Assembly (NCBI GenBank): GCA_051294375.1
Contig: CM119265.1
Coordinates: 7,941,568 to 8,005,567, forward strand
Reading direction: 5' to 3'
DNA length: 64,000 nucleotides
Source of the DNA: Paraspadella gotoi
Lineage: Eukaryota; Animalia; Chaetognatha
Shown here: in pieces, positions 24,901-35,246 of the stretch
Position numbering within the stretch: the first letter of the stretch is position 1
Layout: each line of letters begins with the position of its first letter
Notes under the pieces: model-generated
The model's input: the letters and a program-made list of their open reading frames with translations, nothing else
The model's database searches: none
Told to the model about the DNA's origin: nothing
Made by a program: the position numbers and the translations under genes

Positions 24901-25928
24901 AAGTACTATCGTGATATTTAAATAAACTGTTCCATATTCCTAGGGACACAGTTATAGATACCGTCGCTGTGACTCATCGGAACGTTCCCAGTTTTTTTTT
25001 TGTGGGTGTGTGGGCGGCTCTTGCCGCTACTGTTTAAGACTAACAGCAACATGAAAAATACATATCTTCGAATGTGCAATCAACGTGTCACCTAGATTGC
25101 TTCCTTTCGGTGTGGCAACTATCGGGCTTGGTATTGAACTCATAGCCGTTCCATTACTGATTATGAAGCTCTTCTTCGTCCTCTCTGTAATTCTACATAG
25201 GATTCATTCACGCTTATTCAGACTAATAAGCATTTCTCTTTAACGCCTCTACTTCTCCTCACACCCATTCAAGTTCTCGGTGTGCAATCCTTGGCCTTTT
25301 CACGCTACTGCTGCACCACTGCCGCGAGCCGCCCCCGGCGGTACACCTCGCCCTCATCGTCAGCTCGTCTCTCTCTCTCTTACTCTTTCTGCGACTCTCT
25401 TCTCTCTCCGTCCTCGTCCTATCGTTTTTCTCTCTCGTCTCTTTCCCTTTTCCCGACCCTTTCTCATTTATCTAATGACCGTATCCCGTATCTTTAGCCC
25501 CCGGAGCTTCCAAGCATCGAATGCCCGTAGAAACGAAGCCCAGACCTGACCAATGCTGATACCCAATTCACGAACGGATACGTTAGTTCGTAACGATTGT
25601 GATCATTACTAAAACGCGTCTCCAAAGTCGCCGCCCGTACATATCCTACGGCACCGATAGTTTATCCGCCTCCCGATCCCGCGTCGTTGCTTCTCTCCTG
25701 GATCCAAACGTCTTTCAAAACACAGAATCGAAACAGGATTCTCGCGCAGAAGAATCGGACAACCGTCGGCAGCCACCGCATATCAACAGGAGGTGCCAAA
25801 AGTCGGCAGTAATGAAATAGGTGGTGGCAAACGTGGCAGAATGAAAGGAGGAGAAGAAACCATGGCAGAATCGAAAGGAGGGGAGGTGGCAAATGTCCGG
25901 CGTATGAACAGGAAGAGCAATGGACCAA
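21945..25928 (-). repeat. ~4-kb inverted, error-rich copy of the 13680-17996 locus (raw long-read-like)
   Basis: Reverse-complement collinearity throughout (heptamer repeats, 30-bp minisatellite, exon-like segments) with dense insertions; begins immediately after the 25-N gap at 21920-21944. Confidence 0.9.
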
Positions 25929-26491
25929 GAACGCAGTGCATCAAAAACAGGGACCGCGACACCGACCTGGGGTCCGGGCAAACCGACGTAGGTCATAGTT
26001 CACACAAGGGTGCCGGCAATGGGTTGATCCATGCGCGCGCAGCGACACCACTGCCTGGCCCAAGGGCAATTCGCCGTCCGCGCCCTACTTCTGCTGCGTG
26101 AAACAGGAAGAATAGCGAGAGAGAAAGAGGGATCGAGCGCTAGAGCGCAAGCTGAAGAGCGCTGAGAGGACTGAAGAGAGAGAGGAGAGGTGGAGGAAGA
26201 CGGAGAGAGAGACGAAGAGAGCAAAGAGGCGGGAGAGCATCTTTAAAGAGGTTCAACACAAAGAAAAAGAAGAGAACAAAATCATGCTCTAGCGGTTCAA
26301 GTAAGTGATGATGGCTCGAGTTTCCTTTTATAAGGGAAATCAAAAGATTAATGAAGCCTCAGTCCTCGCGTTGTCACGCTTTATGAGGGTGGGGTTGTGA
26401 CAAGGTGGGGATTATAAGAGAGAGAGAGGGAGGAGAGAGGAGGGAGAGAGGAGAGAGGGAAGGAGGAGAGGTCCAAACGAGGAGAGGAGAA

Positions 26492-26525
<34 letters not shown>

Positions 26526-26921
26526 AGAGAGAGAGACGACGAGAGAGAGAGAGAGAGAGAAGAGAATAGAAAGAAGGAAAGAGAAAGGAAACAAGAAGAA
26601 GAAGAAAGATAAGAAAGAAAAGAAAAGAGAGAACAAGAAAGAAGAAAGAAAAGAACAAAACGCACGGATGGCCTCGTGGACGAGCGTGACGATCCAGAAC
26701 GACGACAGAACCATCGAACAATGACTTCGGTAGCGGTAACAGGTGTTCGGAACCAATTTACGATGATGTCAGCGCCTGTAGATACGTCAACGTGCAATTA
26801 CGTGGCGAGAAAGAAAGCGGTTGGCCAGCGTCGAAATGTTTCTTGTCCGTGTGCTGTAAAAGAACATTACAAAAAACCACGGTTAGATTTCTTCATATAT
26901 AAAGAATTGTCGTCAATAATA

Positions 26922-27310
26922 TTATAGAAGGTAACTGGTGAGTACACATTTTACTAAAAAGAGGTTAGTGAGCCGAAGAAGATTCATTGAAATTGGTACA
27001 ACCAATATCAAAATTAAATCCATTACATTATAACTAAGTGTATCTTGGCCCGACCTTTGGGGCTTTTGGTGGTTGCGCTTCCACGAAGGCTCCATCACTC
27101 TAAATGATGAATGTAAATATGTTTTTACCTTGTGTATTAGGACCATTTTCTTTAATTTTATATGTATTGATTTCCTCTTATTTCCCATTCCTAACTCTTT
27201 TACTCCCAACATCGTGTGCTTGTGTAGGCCGTAGTATTTCTTACCCCGTATCCGAGAATCGCAGTACGATTGACAGGCCCTACGTTTTGTGTTCAGATCT
27301 TCAGAATAGT
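26922..27310 (-). other. ~130-codon open frame in AT-rich DNA (KNYSEDLNTKRRACQSYCDSRIRGKKYYGLHKHTMLGVKELG...); exon or TE remnant
   Basis: The listed ORF 26922-27212 extends upstream without a stop to ~27313; long for this composition; no family recognised. Confidence 0.25.
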
Positions 27311-27569
27311 TTTTTTATTTTCCCGCTCGTCTTTTGGGTGCTAGTAGATAGCTCTTGAATGGCTGGACCGATTTTCTTTTAATTCACACGTAAAGATTAC
27401 CCTTTTAAAAATCTAAATTTTCTACTCATTATTTTTTTAAAAAGATGTATTAAACGTGCCCAATTTTTGTGTGTAAAAAGTTGGTAAATATGAATGGCGT
27501 AGCTAATTCAAATAATTGTATTCATTGTAATGTCACGGGACAAGTGGCTTAATCGATTGTAATCACATT

Positions 27570-27850
27570 AGATAATCGGCGCCGACGGATCTCGTTATCA
27601 CGGCGCCGAGTCCTAACGTCTCCCTCGTGGTCCGTGACGTTACTACGCTGCGCTACTTTTCTTACAATGGCGCCATCTTACATTACGTCTGAGGCGCGCG
27701 TTGCGATAATGCGACCCCATTCGTCGCTGGAAGAAATCGGGGAACCGGAAGTGGGCGAGTCTCGCGAGATTTACGATAATTGGCGCGGGATCCGCGACCG
27801 AGTCATTGTCCCTGAGAATTGAGGGCGCGGCGTCCAGTTTCGAGGTTAGT
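27570..27850. promoter_or_regulatory. CpG-island-like housekeeping promoter with YY1, ETS, TCTCGCGAGA palindrome and E2F motifs, followed by a putative splice donor
   Basis: CGCCATCTT at 27671-27679; ACCGGAAGTG at 27744-27753; TCTCGCGAGA at 27760-27769; TTGGCGCGGGA at 27780-27790; GAG|GTTAGT at 27845; ~280-bp GC/CpG-rich island in AT-rich flanks. Confidence 0.65.
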
Positions 27851-28703
27851 TGTAACTTTAAAAGAGAAAGGAAGAGAATGACTAGAAATTCTTTTTTAAA
27901 AAGTTTTAAAATATATGAAAAAGTTTATCACACTTGGTAAATAATTGTGCGTACTGATTTCCTTGATTACGTGTTCAATTTTTATTCTAAATCATTCAAT
28001 GTATAGCAAATTACACTTTTGACACCATCACCTACATTGTCTTAGATAATACTTTCAAAAACAAAACTCTACCTTAGGCGTAGCAAATGAGATCAAACCC
28101 AAAAAAAAAATCTTCTCCTTTTCTTTCCTCCCTTTCCTCTTCCTCTTCCTCTTCCTCCTCCCCTTCTTCCTCCTCCTCCTCCTTCTCCTCGGCTTCTTCG
28201 TCTCTCACTTCATTCAACTTTCAAAATTATCAATTAGTAATTGAATTAGGAACATTATCAGACGGAAGATTCCCCCTCGTCGCTCGCGCCCCATAAGCCG
28301 AATCTTTTAACGAGGAAATCGACCCATTTTCTTTTTTTCCTTTTTTTTTTATTTTCTTTCGTTTCTTTCCATCTTTCTATCTTTTCTTCTTTCTTTCGTT
28401 CCTTCTCTCTCGGTTTATTTGTTTCTTTTTTAATTCTTTCTTTCGTGTTTGTATTATTTCTCTCTTCCTTTCTTTCATTTTTTCTTTCATTCTTTCTTTC
28501 TTTCTCTCCATTGTTTTTTTTTTAAATCTATCTTTCTTTTTCTGTTTCTTTCTTTCTTCCCTTGACTCTTTCTTTTTTTTCGATTTTTCATTATTTTTTT
28601 CTTTTTTTTTCCCTTCTTTCCTTCTTTTATCCTATTTCCTCTTCCGGGTCAAAGGATAAGGATGTTACCTGGGTGCCAAACAAGAATTATGTAAGACAGG
28701 AGA

Positions 28704-28737
<34 letters not shown>

Positions 28738-30367
28738 NNNNNNNNNNNNNNNNNNNNNNNNNNNNNNNNNNNNNNNNNNNNNNNNNNNNNNNNNNNNNNN
28801 NNNNNNNNNNNNNNNNNNNNNNNNNNNNNNNNNNNNNNNNNNNNNNNNNNNNNNNNNNNNNNNNNNNNNNNNNNNNNNNNNNNNNNNNNNNNNNNNNNNN
28901 NNNNNNNNNNNNNNNNNNNNNNNNNNNNNCTCTCTCTCTCTCTCTTTCATAATTTCAAGTACATTCAATTTCAAACTTCAAGGATTCAAATCCCAGAACA
29001 TAAATCATGAAAATCCTCTATCATAATCGGGCATCCTTGTCATCACTGTCCTATGGCGAAGGAACGATCCATAGTGACTGCCCGAATTAAAGCTTGCCCG
29101 GATTTTTTCCCGCTTTACTCTTGTTTATCCGTCGGGCAGCCAATCTTCCTTGTCCGACAAGTCGGGGGAAGCCCGGGCGATAGTCGGCTTAAATCGGTCG
29201 CCAAAGGCNNNNNNNNNNNNNNNNNNNNNNNNNNNNNNNNNNNNNNNNNNNNNNNNNNNNNNNNNNNNNNNNNNNNNNNNNNNNNNNNNNNNNNNNNNNN
29301 NNNNNNNNNNNNNNNNNNNNNNNNNNNNNNNNNNNNNNNNNNNNNNNNNNNNNNNNNNNNNNNNNNNNNNNNNNNNNNNNNNNNNNNNNNNNNNNNNNNN
29401 NNNNNNNNNNNNNTATCGTCGGGGAAAAGGCGCTTCCCCAAAGCCGCTTCGATTTGGCGCAGGATTTATAAGCCGCGTTTCCATATCTCGATGCGTGACA
29501 GGGAAGGGAGAGGGTTGTGGAATTGCGGGGAAGGTAAGGTAAGGCTGAGCGCGTGGATGGGGTCAGTCGGAAGGGTTTGTCGTTGACGGGAGACAAGCTG
29601 CGGCGGCGGGGGTAAAGGGTGAGTGTTCTTAGTCGAGGCGGTTGTCAATGAAAGACGAAAGTGAGGCCGAAGTTTCGTGGAGATAAGAAGACCTGATTCG
29701 TCTCAAAGGTTTTCTTTCGACGACGACGACGACGACGACGACGTCAAACTACAAAGATGAAAAAGTAGGCGTTGTGTTTTATCTTTCGTCTTACAATGTA
29801 ACTTCTATCGATTGCATTTTCTCTTTGACATCAACTCACGAGCAAAAGAAAAAAGAAAATTAATCTCCTTTATTTTTTTCCCTATTTCTTTTTATTCGCA
29901 TTCGTCCATCGGAAATCATTTCCAATCCAGGTAAGTCCAATTTAAGTTAAAAAAAGATGTTTTATTATTGTATCTAAAAATCTATACATTTGTAAATCTA
30001 AACACCTCTTTCTATTCGTCTGATTCGAATCTTTTTAATTTATGTTAAAATCTTGATTTAAATCTTCCATGCGTTTTTTTTTTCAAACTGTGACGAAAAG
30101 TTACCTCACTTTTTTTCTGGTTTTTTGCTCACGTTTTATTTTTCACTCTGCATTCTCCTTTAAGAAAAAAAACTTTTTTTCGGCAACGAAAAGTCGGTGA
30201 TTAAAATTCTTCTCGCGGTCGATCGTTTGGTGACGCGAGTGGCGACTGTTCTTTCAGCACCTGACGCCGTCGAGGGGCGCCACTCCCACCGGCGTCGCCA
30301 CTCCTAACCTCATAAAGGTCGTCATTCCTTCTTGACTCACTCCATACCCGTCAGTGCTGGTGCCCAA

Positions 30368-33300
30368 TAGCGCGAGTCTAAATACAGAAATAATTTAAAA
30401 GACATCTTGTGCCCTTCCTAATTTTTTTGAAACACATGTAAAACTATTCCCTAAGATCAAAATATTAAAAAATTCGCTTGGCCAATTTTCCCGTTCTTAT
30501 CGATTTTTAATTGCGATTAGATTGCCAAAAAAAATTGGAAAAAATGGCAAATTTAAAAAAAAATAAAATGGTTTAGTATTATTAATTTTATATAGCAATA
30601 TAGCTAAATCCAGAGTTATTAAAACTCTTTTCACTATATAAATATAAAAAACTTGTATTAATAATGTTTAAAATATTATTTAGAAAAATTGTATTTTTTT
30701 GTGGAAAATATAAAAGAATTCAAATAATAGGAAAAATGAATAATCCAAATAGTTTAATCAATATTATATTTGAATTAAGGAAAAATATATACAACTGTTT
30801 TCATTTTGTAAAAAAGTTATTTTATCTATTAAATATAGTAAGTTTTCATGTTTTTTGAACCACAAAAAAATAAAGTTAAAAATAATTAAACTTAAGGCGA
30901 TTAGGAAACTAATAAATTTAGGATCTGTAGTATTTATTAAAGGTGTTTACTTTTCATAATATAAACAAAAAAGGAAAAATAAATTATTTAAAAAAATCCT
31001 CCAAGCAATGGGAGAGTTATGTTTATGATATAAAAAGGCATCAGGCATTTCACCCAACCTACAAAACTATTGTTGCCTTTTAAGTCATTCTGATATTCTT
31101 TTTTTCTTCCATTTTTATTGAGTTTGAGATAAGAACAGAGGACAGAAAGTTTAATTTTAATATTTACTAAATTTATTATTTTGTAAATGTTAAAAACTCT
31201 CTCTTAATTATTTTGAAAATTTATATAAATGATATAAAAAACCAAATCATTGAAACAAAACTTTTAAATGTGAGAGTTGACAAAAGACTAAAATTTGATT
31301 ATCAAACAATATTAATTAAGTAAATGGAAAATGGTTATTTCAAGATTCAGAGCCAGGCTTGTGGCGCTCGCAAGGCCTAAGCGCTTGCTTGTCACGGGGG
31401 AAGTCTGGCTACACAAATGTTTGGTGGTTTATCCATCTAGTTTACGAATAATGTTTGATCATTTAAATATGCAACTTCAGTCCCTCTCTCGGTGGAATGA
31501 GCGCCCCAAAACAGACGGCTACATGGAGGAGGGAGAGGGTCCAACCACTCTTGTCGCAAAAGCGTCAAAATAGCGACAACCACCCACCCCGCCAGTGGCG
31601 AGAAGAGGGAAGGCGGCAGGCGTTCAGGCCACAGGTAGTAGCACAGGGAATCTTCCCACTCTAGGAAGCCTACCCAATCCACACTAACATATTCGGTCGA
31701 AACTGTTCTTTCTCAACCAATGACACGTCAATGACCTGCCTCATTCGTCCAAGCCTCTCATTTGCAAAAGCCAAGGTGGCCAGCTAATTTTTGAGGCCTC
31801 TTCTTAATTTCTTAACCTTTTCACTCTTAACTAATTACTTTGTGCTATCCCTCACCAAATGTATCTCTTCACTCTTTATTTTCTTTTTTTTCTTCAATTA
31901 TTTATAATAGTTAATTGTTAATATTAAAAATTTCAGTATACAAAAATCTATTTAACTGTCTGTGACATTTAAGAAATGTATTATTTTCTTTCTCCCTGTC
32001 TCTCTCTCTCTCATTATCTTCATTTGCCATTGCCCTTGCTTTTACACAGTAACATCTAGTATCGCTGTCACATTACACCTTGGCCTACTCTCTCACCACC
32101 GATCACTGTCCTTTTCTAAACTCTGTCTGTTGGGAAACTTTGCTCTCTCTCTCTCTCTCATTGTTTATTCGGATCATAATCGTTTCTCTGGAAAAGATCG
32201 GCTAGTGATGGAACCGTAGTGTTTTACTGTAGAAAAAATGCTTTATTATTTCTATGCCACGAGGGTCGCGCGTTCAGATTGTCGGCTTTAGGTTAAACTT
32301 TGCTTTAACATGGAGCAGGTTTTCTAAATCTCGAATGACGTAAATGTCGAATAAATGACGAATTAAATCGTTGAATAAAGTTTTATTTATTGTAGAGGTA
32401 ATAAATGGAAGAATTTAGAAGTAGTACAATAAGTTAATGGAAAAATAACCTTGGATTCCATTAAAAACTAGGTTTCATACACGATCTTTTCCAGAGAACG
32501 ATTATGATCGTATAACAAGTGACGAGGTTTTCGGCTAAAAGAAAGTTTACAGAAAGCGACTAGAATGGTGAAAAGATGGTCTGAAAAAGGTCAACATAAC
32601 AATGACCAGGGAAACTAATGACCGGACGCGAGTCACAAAATCTTTCACTCTCTTCCCCTTCTTGTAAATGAAACATTTCGTGAATTAATTCACCAAAACA
32701 TTTTGACGCTGAAGAAGGCTCCGAATTTGAGCCGAAAACATGTACGTCTATATTAAATAAATTGTTGCAAAGTTATTACCACTATTCCTTTAATCTATTT
32801 ATTTATTGTAAGAACATTAAACATCCTTGTATACAGACTAAAATGACGCCAATAAATGTTAAACAAATTGATAAAGGTTTGAAAAATAGTGATTAAAATT
32901 AAATTTTGCTGAACAATATGTAATTATTATTAATATTATCTATTATTATGATGTTATTATTAATTGTTACTAATATTTAACAGATAGTTCTTATGTTAAA
33001 ACGATTTTACCAATCTTTCATGAGAATATTTTTTTCATTTGATAAAAAAAAAATTAGTCGGCCAGAGCAATTCTACGCGAAGAAGGGAGAGTTGGTAATG
33101 GGTGAGGCCTATGGTAAGTCTAGCTGCGTAAAGCTTATTATAAGCTGTTATAAAGTTTAATGTAGCCTACTAAAAGCTTTTAGAAGCGTTATGTGGCTTG
33201 GGTACTTATTTCCATTTGCTAATTTTAACATTATTGTTTATGAAAATTTACTTATCTTTAGAATCACTCAATATTTAATATAAACATATTTTTTATGTAT

Positions 33301-33575
33301 TTAGAATAAAATGGGTTTAAATTCTTTGTTTTAACTATATTTTACTTTAAAAAGTGAACTTAACCAGCTTTCTCTGATCATTTAAAATTTGCTATTTTTT
33401 ACAATTGTTTTGCATCAAAAATTTGCGTTTATAAAATCGAAATAGACGGGAAAATTTAGCGAAACGAAATTTTCAATTTTTTTGTCTTGGGCATAAGTAT
33501 TATATGTCAAATTACAAAAAATTAAGGCGTGGAACAATAGTCATATATCATATTTTGTATTTATGCTCCGCTATA
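30368..33575. mobile_element. Non-autonomous class II DNA transposon, ~3.2 kb, ~190-bp imperfect TIRs, 8-bp TSD GTGCCCAA (hAT-like or Mutator/foldback-like)
   Basis: The left end TAGCGCGAGTCTAAATACAG...AATTTTCCCGTTCTTATCGATTTT...GGCAAATTT (30368-30554) matches the reverse complement of 33385-33575 (TAGCGGAGCATAAATACAA...AATTTTCCCGTCTATTTCGATTTT...AGCAAATTT). GTGCCCAA occurs at 30360-30367 and 33576-33583. The interior is AT-rich with no transposase ORF. Confidence 0.8.
32158..32522. repeat. Internal inverted repeat (~70-bp arms, ~220-bp spacer) inside the transposon
   Basis: GATCATAATCGTTTCTCTGGAAAAGATCG (~32172) versus CGATCTTTTCCAGAGAACGATTATGATC (~32482); same structure at ~36475-36842 in the duplicate. 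Confidence 0.85.
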
Positions 33576-33583
33576 GTGCCCAA

Positions 33584-34170
33584 CCATTTCCCGCCTTCAT
33601 GCAAGATTTTCCGAACTTTTTTAAAATCTTTTTAAAAATTTCTCTCATTTCGCAAATTCTCTCTGCAAAGTCCTATTATTTTTTTATAACACTCTTTACT
33701 CATTCTCCAATCAGCTTTTTTCCTTCTCCAATCACTACTCCCTCATTCACAATCACTCTTCTTTCCTCTTTCCAATCACAGTGCTCTTTTCTCGTTCGCA
33801 TTTCCTGTTTTAGTTCAAGAACGAACAGATTTATCGCAAGAAGGTTTTTTTGTTCGAATCCAGACAACTTCCAAGCCTCACCCACACTCGCCGAACCTTA
33901 CCCGTCACTCCCTTACCCCAAAGTCTGTCTCGGAACGGCAGAACGACCTTTACTCTGTCCACCGCCAGACGTCTTTTCTCTTCCTCACCCGATATTTTGT
34001 CGACAAGGAATTTGGACCCCGCCTCACCTCACTTCACTTACCCCCTCCGGCCTTAAAACTCGCTCCGCGTCTGTCCGGCCTGACCCCAACCTTACCCCTC
34101 GCTACACCCCAACAGCCGGGACAGGCACGACCACCGCCGTGCACGACACGACGACTTTTTCGTCGCTATA
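33584..34170 (-). other. Coding-like segment abutting the transposon right TSD; frame unreliable
   Basis: Combining the two indel-divergent copies gives readings such as KADWRMSKECYRKIIGLCRENLRMRENFKKILKKFENLAMKAGNGWA up to the TSD. Confidence 0.25.
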
Positions 34171-34222
34171 ACCGTCTCTAACAATCCTTCGCTATCACCG
34201 TCGCGGACGTTCACGAGCGTTT

Positions 34223-34283
<61 letters not shown>

Positions 34284-35246
34284 TCTCTCTTCCTCTTTCC
34301 ACCTCCCTTCCATATGCAATGAAGCCAAAGACCTTGCCTCCTTCCCCCACAGTAAATTCTGACTTCATCGAGCTGTCGTCCGACCATCCTTGAAAGAAAG
34401 AACAGAAAGAAAAAAAGAGATGAGTTTTTGCTCCTCTTCTTTTTTCTTCCTCCCTTTTGCCTCCCTCTTTCCTTTTTTTTTCTTTTCTCGATTTCTTTGG
34501 TAATTTCTTCTCTACAGTTGTCCGTGATTGTGTTTCCGACGGGAAAAAGAAAAAAAAAAGAAATTGTCTCATATTTTCAAACGAAAGTATTCTCTTTCCT
34601 TCCTCTCTTTCCTTCCTCTCTTTCCTTCCTCTCTTTTCTTTTTGACGGTTCGCGTTTCTTCTCTCTCGCTACCGTTTTAGACTCGTCCGTTTCCATCGCT
34701 CCAGCGATCACTCCAGTCATCGCCCATTTTTCTTTCCTTTCCTCCCTTCCTTTTCCTTTTCTACTTTCCTCTTCTTCCACCCCCGCCTTGTTTGTAGGCA
34801 GCAGAGGAAACGCCTCTTTCGGTGCCTCACCTCGCTCGACACTTACCCTTTTGACGGACGGGTCTCACTCCTTCTTTCCTTCCGGAAACGAATATCGACT
34901 TGAAGCGACGTTACCGGCGAAGTTACCGGCGGCGTTACTGGAGGCGTTACGGGTCCGCGTCAGTCGTTATAGTCGACATTATATATATTAGTCCTAACCG
35001 GCCGAACTACGGTGTTTACTACCTTACTTTTCCGTCACTTCCTCGGCGTTATTATCGTCGATTTCCAGACTAGCTCCGACGTCAAAAGTCAAACGTCAAA
35101 AAGTCAAGGACGTCAAAAACATCAAAGGAAATTTTGAGCAATCGACCAAGTTCCGAAAGTCTGCTCAGTATGTTAGGAAGAAAGTAATGAAATTTTCCAG
35201 GCAATTCCAGGAAATCGAGANNNNNNNNNNNNNNNNNNNNNNNNNG

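Noticed and set aside
30363-33578. Transib/CACTA or RSS-like ends (CACTATAG...ACAAAATA at the right end)
   Set aside because: The CAC comes from the TSD; those boundaries give no matching TSD, whereas 30368-33575 gives a perfect 8-bp TSD.
33600-33890. Minus frame IGE*VKSVIKK**DFAERICEM as evidence for stop reassignment
   Set aside because: The duplicate differs by indels, and a combined consensus gives a stop-free standard-code reading. This shows how such patterns can arise from errors.
33563-34171. 202-aa plus-strand ORF
   Set aside because: Starts inside the TIR, is pyrimidine-rich and is frameshifted in the duplicate at 37871-38389.
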